NCBI RefSeq assembly: GCF_033153115.1
Contig: NW_026889786.1
Location: 3,658,001-3,722,000 of the forward strand
Origin: Saccostrea echinata
Taxonomy: Eukaryota
DNA length: 64,000 nucleotides
Direction of reading: 5' to 3'
The notes under the pieces are model-generated. The model did not search any database. It had not been told where the DNA came from and saw only the letters and a program-made list of their open reading frames with translations. Positions within the stretch are counted from its first letter, which is position 1. Each line of letters opens with the position of its first letter. Both the position numbers and the translations under genes were made by a program. Below, one piece after another: positions 1 to 12,500 of this stretch.

Positions 1-9
1 GTCCTCTTT

Positions 10-280
10 CCTTTTACCTGATTATGGTCCTCTCTGAATTAACCTGAGTTGAGTCTTTGTCATTTTATCCCAATTTATAGAATTCTCTTTGACTTTACCT
101 GAATTGAGTTGCATAGTTGAGTTCTTTATTGGTTTATCTGATTTAAGTTCTCTTTGAGTTTACCCGATCTGTGTTTTCTATCACATGTCATTAAGTTCTC
201 TTTGAGTTTACCTGAGTTGAGTTTTCTATCACTTTATCTCATTAAGTTCTCTCTGAGTTTACCTGAGTTGAGTTCTTTGA
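10..280. repeat. Degenerate ~50-bp tandem repeat built from the exon end and splice donor
   Basis: aagttctctttgagtttacctgagttgagtt recurs at ~244, ~193 and ~146, with decayed copies at ~82 and ~30. Confidence 0.75.
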
Positions 281-536
281 CTAGCGAAGACATGGCACTG
301 GTGACAGAATCAGCAGCACACATAAGGTCATTCCGGATCAACCGAACATTCTCCACTGGCCCAGGGTTATAAAATGCCTGTCTCACTTCACCCCCTACTC
401 CTGCTAGCATGGAAGACTCCATGGCTGGTGTTGTGGGGATATTAGGGGCAGCATACCTGTCAGGGAGGGACTGAGAAAGGTTCTGATGGTGGGGAGTGCT
501 GTCTGTGGGTACAGCTCGAGGGGAGGTGGGGTGTGT
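263..536 (-). CDS. DTNB: Dystrobrevin exon, C-terminal region (THPTSPR…[10 protein letters not shown]…[24 protein letters not shown])
   Basis: Acceptor ttttcag at 537-538, donor G|gtaaac; 274 nt, phase 0 to 1; matches the long-isoform tail of dystrobrevins. Confidence 0.93.
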
Positions 537-3500
537 CTGAAAATACAATCATACTGTATTATACATTAATTCACTGGTCCCCCAAAAATAAAGCTTGACC
601 AGTCAGAGTAACTTTTGAATTAAGTTTAGATGATTTTACTCTTTTTCAGTTATGAGTACAGAGCAAAAGTTATGTCCACTTATAACAATATCATGTTCAG
701 ACCAAAAATCTTGAATCTAAGATTGGACTGGTTCCAACATTAGTATAATATTGCTCATGACTTGAGGTTGATTTTGACTCGGTCATATATCAAAGGTCAA
801 GGTCCATGGGCAATAAGAAAGTGAAATGATTTTTGGGAACCCTTGATTGGATATGTATTCCAATTTTAGTATGTTACTATTATAACAGAGACAGATTTGT
901 GCCTCCAAATGGATTTGAACCTGGGACTTCTATCATGCCAGTCCAGTGCCCTACCGATCAAGCTAAAGGGTTAATCCACTAGCTCAAGCTAATAAGATGC
1001 CTTGTACAGGTCATGGTCGTGGTCACTGGGCTACATACTGTAAAAGTGGTTATTTACACTGGTTGTTAAGTACGCGTTTATGACCATCAAACATTACGCG
1101 TGGTTGTAATATACGCGGTCGCACAAGTTACCGAGAAAAATTTACGCGGCCATCGTTATTAACATCGAGTTGTTCCCCTTTGAAAATGATAAGAAAAAAG
1201 ATTAAAAATGATTACAAACTAAACAAATCAATAAAAAATTATACTGTTGGATTAGTAAATATAACGTCGATGTGCACAATCAAATGCGCTGAAGTGTGAA
1301 CAACTTGTGTACGCTTTATTGCAATTATTTACGCAAGTTCAAACTTCAAAGTGGGATATACTTACCTGTATCTGCGTGTCCAGTGTTGACAATTAATTTA
1401 ATTGGTATGTTTGTAGTGACTTTGAGTTTATGTAACATTTTGGACTAATTATTTGAAATTAAGAGAGACATACACGAATATATAAAGGAAATGAAAATGA
1501 GTATCGAAGTTTTGAAGCTTTAATTGCGTGACGTTGCTCTTAAATATCTAACATGAAGATGCATTTTTCATCGCACAATTAAAAAAATGAACAGTTATGT
1601 TTTCATCGCTGTTTGTGATGTATTTATCTACTCACGTGCGTTCAATACCACGATTAATATACGACTGGTTCAACTGGTCTAACAGTTTAAGTAATAATCT
1701 ATAATTATTCCAGAAGTTTGAAATTTTGTGACCATACGCGCAGGGGGTAATTTACGCGGTTCTTAGCTTACCGCGTAAGTAGTGTAAATTTCCCCCACGC
1801 GTAAATAACCACTTTTACAGTAATGAAACTGTGTCTGGGAACTTGAGTCCTTGACTGATATGAATTCAAATTTTAGTTTGTTGTTGCTGTTGACAAAGAT
1901 GTATGAAGACCTTTGATTCAAATACAACATCACGTCATCAAAAATTCCAGTTTAGCTTTTATTCAGGTGAAACAATTCAATTACAATTAATGGCAAATTT
2001 GACTGACAGATAGGGATTCACCTGAATGAAGTAATAAATTTTTTGGTTTAAATCTGCTTTGAAAATTTGCCTTTAAATTAAATGGCAGGATTTACTCATC
2101 TATATTTTATATCAGCAAAAAAACTGTTAACTTCATAAGAAGGACATCAAAAATACACTTTATATCTGAAATCAATAATTTTTTAAAAATTTCTAAATAT
2201 GACTTCATCTTATAGCATAAAATAAGGCCTGCTCATCCATAATTAACCATAGTTCTGATCGTGAGTGAGGAAAATTTCCTTTCAAATCACTATGAAAACA
2301 GATAGATTTCGTAAAATTTGGCAAAGAAACAAATTACTCCTTATAAACAATTATTATTCACATTACATATTACATATCAATGTACAATATAATGTAAATA
2401 CATGTATATTTAACGTGTACGATATTTGGCGGAAATTGATTGATTCTATGTTAGCTTAGATTTGATTTAAATGTGCTAGATATAAATGTTTATATATAAA
2501 GACATTTAGCTATGTACTGATTTAGCTGTCGCTGCTCTCCACCAAATGCGCTAAAAAGAATACATGGCGAAATGTAATATGTTTACAATATTTGAAAAAT
2601 GTACAGCATGAAAAATTGTTAACTTTTTATATTATACTTTCATGTAAATTAGTTCAATCTGATTCGTTGAGAAACATTTGTTAAAAATTACTATTACCCA
2701 CTGAATGATGAAGCCACGCCCTCCAGCGTAGCAACAGTCAACACTGCTTAACGACGGGTGATATTAAAAAAAATAGTGACTGCGCAGAATTTATGCGCAC
2801 AAGGTTCACTGTTATATGTATTTTTATAAAACATTCAGTATAATATAATAAATATTGCATGTAGTTGAGTGTAACATTGAAAATTTTCACCCCTCGAAAA
2901 CCATTGTCGGTTGAATATGGTTTTCTTGGGGTGAAAACTTTCAATGTTACTCAACTACATGCAATATTTAAAATATTATCCTTTTATAGATAAATCTATG
3001 TACTTGTTTGGAAAATGCTTTACAAAAAAAAAAAAAAAAAAATTCATCACATCAGAGTTATGAAATAGTCACAAATCTTCCAGATATACATGTAAGTATA
3101 ATAACAATTTTTAAAATTTTCAATCAATCTGCATTTAATAAATACACTCCCTTACCAAGATACCATGTAAGAATTTTATTGCTTACATCCTAAAGATTTA
3201 TAGAGAAAATACATACCCTTTTCCATATCACATCCTCTATCAGCCCGAGACACTAATATCAGCCAGATTGCCAAAGGCCTGAGGGCTGATATTGGTCGAG
3301 GGCTGATACATAGTGTGATATGGAAAAGGGTATGTATTATTCTGTTTATTACAAATTAATAATAAATACCGGTACAGCAAACATCTACTTGAGCAAAAAC
3401 AAATAAATAATAATTAACCAGCTTATTATATCAAAGAACAATAATTTAAAATCAAGAGAATGTAATAAAAAAAATATTTTAAAATACTTCATGTGTGAGT

Positions 3501-6500
3501 TCACATAAAGTAATTGAAGAATGTTTTGTGCATGTTTAATCTTTAAAATTTAGTAGAGCCAATTTTAAGTCTTTGAAAACAAATTAAAGTCCACAAATGT
3601 TAGTAAAGAATTATTTTACTTGTACATTTAAATAAAATCAAGTTAATTAACTTTCAAACTTTATACAAACGTTACTTCCAGTTTGATATGGATTTTTGCA
3701 TGCCGGTCCAATATGTGATATGGATTTTTGGACCGGTCCTTATATGGGGTATTGTGCCGCACAGTGCAGAATCAGTGTATTTACTACTAAATATATGATA
3801 AAAATCTGCATCAGCCCTGCAGATCCATATTAGCCCTGCAGGAAAAACTGATACATCTTTTGTGATGTCAGGCATATGGCATATGCAGAAAAACTTTATT
3901 TCTTAAAAAAAGTATTACATTGCATTCATGGCATATATATGCTTTGACATGTATACACGTAATAGTAGAATATTTGTTCTCTGATTTTCGAATTCAAGGA
4001 TTGTCAGTATAGATGGATTTTATCAAGAATCTTAACATTTGTCCCTGTGAACACCAGTTACACTGCCAAACCTAAAGGCATATCATCACTCAGAATATCC
4101 TAACACTATCATCTATTAAAGTTGCTGCTGAAATATATCTAATGTAACACCTTATATCTGGCTGCTAACAACCTGCCTATACTGAGCCTGCCCTCTGATT
4201 AATGTTCAGCATCATTCTCCTTCCCCTCTAACAAGAATTCATTCTGCTTTAATTCTATAAATCAACTTTCCTTTGTGTGTGACTAATCCTCTGGGGCTTT
4301 GTACGACTAGGAAATAGCTATATTTTTTATTGCCGAGAATTTGTATATATTTCATATATTTTTACAGCAAACAAACATAACCAAAGAGAGAGAGAAAAAC
4401 AAAGACGCAAAGGAATTTTATAATGAAACTAAGTCAGTGTACAGTAATCCAATGTTTGATCTGTTGACTGTTCACATAACAGTTCTATTAGCTCCTCTTT
4501 TACAGAGTTATCTTCTCCTAACTGCATTTTTATCCCCCCTTTCCATAATATGTTCATGCAATAAGATACAACGTTATATTGTTAAAATGATATTGTCCTA
4601 TAGACCCGTTTAAACATAGAATTATTTCCATGTTTTGGCAATGTAGCAAAATAAACAGAGACAGATAATTCTATTATAAGTTTACACTCAGAAAAATCCA
4701 GAGAGTTCTGAATGTCAACATGTCAATGACATGTCAATTTGAAGCCAGGAAAAACATTAAGAAATCTTTATGTGGATTATATTTTAGAGTAAAAGGTTTG
4801 TTTTAATGATTTACATGTTTATTTTCAGTGCAACTCCTATTTGTCTTCTCCAAAATTGAGTTGGAGCGGATCTGCTGTTTTGCTACATCGCAGTACATGG
4901 GATGTATTCTAACTGTGGTGAGGGTTTGTCCCAAGATGCAGTTAGCTTTTTCTAACTAATGTTCCATACTCATACCTTCAGCAGTTTCATCAGTCCCTCC
5001 AGCTGTACCATGAGCTCTTTCCGGCTGTCCTGTAAGGCGGACATTCTTGACTCAAGCTCATCTTTTCGCTGCCTGAGCTGTCGTAATTCTGCCAGCAATG
5101 TCGGGTTATATTGGGCACTTTCTGTACTCCGTGCATGAGCCTCTTGCTCTGATCGAAGCCTGTGGATTTCTCTCATAATCTCCCTGATCAAAATAAAAAA
5201 TACAATAAAGTTTAATTTGAGTGTGGAATCTTATGTCTGTTTATACATTAAAATTTTATTTTCCTAAAAAAAAAAAAAAACATACTTACACGGTGGCTAA
5301 TAAAGCAGACATATATTTATACTCAAATGTTAAAAGAACCATCTCTAATGAGCCTATGACTTTGTCTTATGTCTTCCAGAAGAAAGCATCGCCTTTAAAT
5401 TGAACAAACTTGTAACCATCATCATAAAATGACATGCCATGTCAAGTTTTATTGAAGATGGCAAAGTGCAGACAGTTCTTGAGAAGTCCAAAATGTGGAA
5501 ATTACCAGACAGATGTCAGACAGACATACCAGGGGCATCTGAAAAGTTCTAAATACTGTTTGATTAAAGTGTTTAACGGAAATCAACATTTATGATATCA
5601 TTTAAAACATCAGGAAAATATACATTTACTTTGACTTCACAATAGTACATAGTGTACTTCTGTTACATAATGACTCCTAAAATGATGTCATAATTCTGTA
5701 ATTTGTAATTCTGCAGTGTAAAAAGAAGTAAGGCATGTATGAAAAACATGTAAATAACTCATTTTTTTTTTTCACAAAAGGATCTTGTAGATATTTTCAC
5801 AATTGTTTTGGAGTTTTAAAGAGGAATGTGTAGGGGAGATAATGAGAGTCAGTGATCTCCCTTTCTCATTTGTATGCCATGTAATTTGGACTGTCTAGAA
5901 TTCATCATGAACATTAATTTTTTTCTGAAATGAAAAATCGGTTCAAGACCAAAGATTTATTTGACATTCTCCAAATAAAAATACAAGTTCAGAAGGTAGT
6001 AAGTGCCATCGCCTTTTGTCTAAGCCAATCATAAATTGTCGCTAGTCTGCAATAAAGCACATCTCTACTCATCTTTATTCTGCCTGCCTTTATTTGCTTC
6101 ATGACTGTCCATTTCTCTCCCTAATAAACACTCAGTAACAATTCTAATTTCTTTTACGTTAATTCTGCCAGAACTAGTAGTGATCAGTTTGAAATAATTG
6201 AAAGATATCACTATAATTTTGCTTTATACTTTCAATTTATCAAATATATAGTTTTTTAAAAATAGTTTAAATTGATAATTTTACTGTATTTCATCATCAC
6301 ATACATAATTATATATTCATTTGGTTTTCAGAAAATTCTGAAATTAAACTGATAATTATTAAAGTTTGATTCTGCAAAATTTTATTTCTTAAATGAGAAT
6401 CCATTCTTCACATGAAATTTGAAAGTATGTGGAAGACTTCTCACAAACAGATTAACAGACAGACAATGTGATCTCTATTTGTCTGCTTTGTTTTGAGGGA

Positions 6501-9500
6501 GATTTCTCCCAGACAGACAGACAATGGACAATGTGATCTCCATTTGTCTGCCTTGTTTTGTGGGAGATTTCTCCCAGACAGACAGACAATGGACAATGTG
6601 ATCTCTATTTGTCTGCCTTGTTTTGTGGGAGATTTCTCCCAGACAGACAGACAATGGACAATGCGATCTGTATTTGTCTGCTATGTTTCACAGGCCTCAC
6701 ATACAGGAATATTCTTGCTCTTGATTTAAGTTGACAGCGAAAACAACTGAGAATGCTAGAATTTGTTCTCCTGGCTTAACAGTAGTTTATATTTACAGAA
6801 TCCTTTGGGGTATAAACCCGATGACAAATTGACTTATTAGTGGGCTGTTAATGTAATTGATAGCGGTCAAACTTCTGCTGATGTTGTTAGTTTCCGGTAA
6901 GGTGTCCTGTGACTGGGAAATCTCTGGGGAGGGTATCCCCCTCTGTCAATAATCTCCTGGTTTGTGACAGTTACAGATAGCTTGTCAAATAAAATCAGAT
7001 GTTTTATGACAATAATTGCTGTTTAAATTCATATCAGAATCTGCAACAGAGTAGTTCAAAATCTGCTACAAAGCAGTCATCCAACCAGTGATTATATCTA
7101 AAGATCTCTGACAAGACTGTAGCCCTACTGTAGTGGTTATAACTAAAGGTCTCTGACAAGACTGTAGCCCTACTGGTAGTGGTTAAAACTAAAGGTCTTT
7201 GACAAGATTGTAGCCCTACCAATAGCGGTTATAATTAAAGGTCTCTGACAAGATTGTACCCTACTGGTAGCGGTTATAACTAAAGGTCTCCGTCAAGATT
7301 GTAGCCTTACTGGTAGTGGTTATGACTAAAGATCTCTGACAAGACTGTAGCCCTACTGGAAGCAGTTATAAGTCTCTGACAAGATTGTAGTCCTACTGGT
7401 AGGGGTTATAACATAAGGTCTCTGACAAAATTATAGCCTTACTGGTAGTGGTTAAAACTAAAGATCTCTGACAAGATTGTAGCCCTACTGGTTTAGATTT
7501 AAAGTGGTCTGAAGAAAGAATGTGAAAATACTCATCAAGTGCCCCTCTTCATGTGACAACTTTTTCTTTACTTAAAGCAGACAGAGAGAAACAGTATTAT
7601 ACTAAAATAATTTCAGGCGTAGCATTTGAGTATTGAGCTCATTCTCATAAATCTTATCTGACATGTATTTTTTTTTTATATTATTTACTGCTACTTTGAT
7701 TTCATTGCATCAACTATGATCATATAATATTTCTTTAAATTTTGATAAACACAAGGGGTCAGTTTTACTTATTATAGCTATACACACTTTTTCATTATCA
7801 TTAATGATCTTTATGTTTTTAAATATAAACATGCTAGAAAATTAATATAATTTTTCAAAAAATATCAGTTGTAATCCTATAGCATTAAATAATATTAAAT
7901 ATGTGACCAATGTCCTATAATGGAAATAAGTACATTTTATATAATCATTCTGTGCTCTTTGGGAATGGGCTATCTTCATTACCAATCAGTTGGGTTTACA
8001 CAAAGGTCTAATGTGACTGCAGAAGTATCTGCTTGTTTGATCTGGTCAACAGTTCACATACAATATCATGTAGTTGGTGTTTCTACATGACATTTGATCA
8101 ACAATAGCCATAATTCTCAAGATCTCCCTACTGATTCTTCTAAATCAGCAAACAGAAATACCTGTTTTTGGCCTCCAGTTGGGATATTAGCTCCCTCTGT
8201 GCTTTGTTGGAGTCTAAACTGAAGTTCAACTCGGTTGGACTTCTTGCCTATAAGAGATAAAAATGTCTTTGCAGTGATTGTCAAATATACAAAAAAAAAA
8301 AACAAAAAAGAAAAAAAAAAAAAAAAAAAAACATACTTACATATTAAAAGAACTCATTACTAGTTTAACAAAGAAGCAAGTTTTCACTTTTAATTAATCT
8401 CATTTTCATTTTTCTGTTTGATAGTTTGACATTTACCAGAGAAACAATGACCGGATTTATAATCTTAATTTAAGGATTTTTCATGAATATTATATTTTAA
8501 ATCTTTGTCCAATATATGTATGAAAAGTAAAGGCATCAATTATCATTTTATTATTTAGGTAACTCAAACAAATTATTCTGTAATACATGCAATCATGTCA
8601 AAAACAATCTGAATTATTAAAGAGGTTTTACTAATATATATTGATTAAATATGATCATTTTACAGAACTAAAATAATGATGTATTGATTATATATTTGGA
8701 ATTATTTTAATATTAATTACATAACCTGCATTATGATTCAGTTCAGTATTGAGAGAACTCATCTAAGTTTTCCACATCTGAACTAGTTGAGGCTTAAATT
8801 ACCCTAGCAAAATTTACCATAAGAGGAATATAAAATTCTTGACAAAACCTACCCAAGTGTAGTTTGTAACAAACCTTGGCAAAATATCCCACAAGCTTGC
8901 AAGAAACGTGTAATTCAATGAATACTTACCACAATCCAACGAACAGATTACCACAAATATCATAATCCAAAGAACTTAGTACAAATGCACTGTGAACAAT
9001 AGTCCAAGGAAAAATTTACCATAAGTGTTCAACAGTCCAAAGAAAAGATTAGCACATGTACTGCAATCAAGCGAAAAACTTACCGCATGTAAAATAATAC
9101 AAGGAAAATTTTGTACCACAGTGCACTGCACATGTACAATATAATCAAGTGTAAAAAAAAAAAAAATTAAAAAGGAGTTCAGTGTAAAAAAAACTGACCA
9201 CAAGTGCATTGCATATAAAATACAGTTGAACTTCGATATCTCGAACACGGATATCTCAAATACCATGGATATGTCGAAGTCATTTTGAAGTCCCATCTGC
9301 TTATTCCTTAAGTATTTTACCCTGGATATCTCAAATCCTCAGTTATCTCGAAGTATTTTCTTGGTCCCTTTGAGTTTGAGATAACAAGGTTTGACTGTAA
9401 TTCAATCCAGGAAAGGACACATTTCAAATGCAGTATACAAAAATGTGACCAAAAAAAATATACCACTGGTGTAACATAATCCAAAAACCCCAGGAAAAGT

Positions 9501-12500
9501 TTATAATAATCCTAGTAAAAACTTACCAAAAGAAACGTGTTAAATAATCCTAGTAAAAACTTACCACAAGTATAGTGTTTAATAAACCCAGTAAAAACTT
9601 ACCACAAGTATATATAGTGTTTAATAAACCCAGTAAAAACTTACCACAAGTATATATAGTGTTTAATAATCCCAGTAAAAACTTACCACAAGTATAGTGT
9701 TTAATAATCCTAGTAAAAACTTACCACAAGTATAGTGTTTAATAATCCCAGTAAAAACTTACCACAAGAACAGTGTTTAATAATCCTAGTAAAAACTTAC
9801 CACAAGAACAGTGTTTAATAATCCCAGTAAAAACTTACCACAAGAACAGTGTTTAATAATCCCAGTAAAAACTTACCACAAGAACAGTGTTTAATAATCC
9901 TAGTAAAAACTTACCACAAGAACAGTGTTTAATAATCCTAGTAAAAACTTACCACAAGAACAGTGTTTAATAATCCCAGTAAAAACTTACCACAAGAACA
10001 GTGTTTAATAAACCTAGTAAAAACTTACCACAAGTATATATAGTGTTTAATAATCCCAGTAAAAACTTACCACAAGAACAGTGTTTAATAATCCTAGTAA
10101 AAACTTACCACAAGTATAGTGTTTAATAATCCCAGTAAAAACTTACCACAAGAACAGTGTTTAATAATCCCAGTAAAAACTTACCACAAGAACAGTGTTT
10201 AATAATCCTAGTAAAAACTTACCACAAGAACAGTGTTTAATAATCCCAGTAAAAACTTACCACAAGAACAGTGTTTAATAAACCTAGTAAAAACTTACCA
10301 CAAGTATAGTGTTTAATAATCCCAGTAAAAACTTACCACAAGAACAGTGTTTAATAATCCTAGTAAAAACTTACCACAAGAACAGGATTTCGATTCCGTT
10401 TCACACTTTGTTGAGATTTGCTCCTTCGAATTTTTTGAAAAAAAGTTTTCATGATTGCAGATTTATTTACCAGGTAATATTTCTCCAATGATATTTTTTC
10501 AAGTTTGAGAAAAATGTCCACATAAAATGTCAGCACTCAAAAGATCAATTCATCATAAACTGTCAATAAATAAAAGAGGGTGACGTGACCAGTGCTATCT
10601 AAACACTGCATTATTGATGGATAATTATATCCATTTGACATATTGTGCATTTGATGAAAACATCAATATGGATAGATTTTTATAAACTAGCAATTGTATC
10701 CTTTATGCTTTTTATCACTTCAATCCGAGGAATCTGGTGTCCGTTCCTCACAATATGAGAGTCTATTATATAATAGATCCACACTGTCTCCCCACTTCTG
10801 TCAAAGAGAGGTGCCATATGTACCGCAATAATCCATATATATAAACCGTGGAACATGTCCCTGCACAGTTCCTAGGACTGCTATAACCTGATTCAGCATT
10901 ATTAGCTCTCCATACCCTCTCTATCTCATCTCGTCAAACACTATTGGCTATATGGGATTTTTTTTCTGGTCTTGTCTCTAAATGACATGAATAATTGCTC
11001 GAATTATGTCAACAGAGGAAAAAAATGGAAAACAATTCAAAAACTGCCTCTGACATTTTCTGCTGTCAAAGCTTAGGGGTACTTTAAGTTGCCTGTACTA
11101 TAATATACAAAGTTGGACCGAAGTGTCAACATGTGTGAAACATTGAATCTGAGTGTGAATCTGGAAGTGTTGATGATACAGGAAATTCCTGACAAAGGCT
11201 GAACAAACATGAAACAAAGGCAGGCAATACTTCAGAGGGACTCATTGCTGCACTTTGCCCATCTCTTTGTTTTACTTCATCAAAAATGAAGCTCCCTTTT
11301 TTTTCCTCTCTCTATTTTTCATGATACATGCCTATATAAATATGCCAATCAATTTTCTGGGAACAAAACTAAAGAACCTATTCATTAACTATTGATGAAC
11401 TGTACGGAGAATAATAAATACACAACGAAAACAGTTGAAAATCTATACGGATCAGTATATCTGTGAATGTTTCGTGATGCTAATGTCGTTATCTTGTTGT
11501 GTAAAAAGAGCCGACCCAGTTGAGCCATTAAAAGCACCTTGATTTAACTGTTAATTTGGTTATTAACATTTGATAAGCTGGTGTTTTTTGGTGGATAAGG
11601 AAGTCATTTTTATCCAAATTATTTTCATCTTGTTCCATTTTCAGCAATCAGACAAACATATTTCATACAATGACACAAACTACTATTTGGAAACAGGCAC
11701 CTTGGAATATCAACTCTAAAATAATGGTGATTATTTTATTATGGAATATGGTTGGGAAAATAAAATATAAATATATAAAATAAAAATTATTTTCAAAAAC
11801 AACAACAAAAAAGTATGTAAGAAAACTGTCCAATTAATAAAACAATATTTTTCAATTGAATCTTGAAATTTACTTCTCTGATTCAATCAAAAACCTCTTA
11901 AAAATGTGCCCCATGGTCCACAAAAAATATGCTCACTCAATTTACTTTAGTTCTGCTTTCTTCAGAAGATTTTTTAAATTCCCATGAAAAAATGTGCATG
12001 CCCCCATATTTTTGGCCCCACCTAATTCTAAAGGGTCTCTGAATCCGCACACCTTGGGGATGCTTCAATATTAATACATGTACATGTATGACTAACATGG
12101 CTTTGCAGTCATGGAGAATAAAACTCTACCCTGCATACATGCATTACATAAAATTTGATCCTAATGTAGCCAACTCTTAACCGGGGGTCCATAATTCAAG
12201 AAAAAAATAATGAATTCACACAGCTTGTGAATATTTGCAAATTAATGGTTCTATTGTGTTCTTTTATAAGATCTTAAAAAAAAAATTTCTTATATGATTC
12301 CATGCAAAACTTTGATTCCCTACAGTGGCCCCATCCTACCCCTCGGGCAATGAATTGAACAGTTAAAAATCTACACTGCCTCAGGAAACTATCATACACG
12401 TTTCATCTCTTCTTGTCCATTGGTTTTTGAGAAGATTTTTAAAGATTTTTCCTACTTATTTTAATGTAAAACTTTGATACCCTATTGTGGCCCCATCCCC

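Noticed and set aside
899-970. Functional tRNA gene (also 52819-52888)
   Set aside because: A and B boxes are present but the cloverleaf stems do not pair
4283-4306. Another possible terminal exon, SYKAPED*
   Set aside because: Only a short tttcctag acceptor, no clear branch point, and it lies downstream of the AATAAA at 4818-4823; indistinguishable from chance
9487-10385. CRISPR-like appearance of 34-46-bp repeats (also 7080-7492 and 33895-34630)
   Set aside because: Head-to-tail units without unique spacers, no cas genes, eukaryotic intron context
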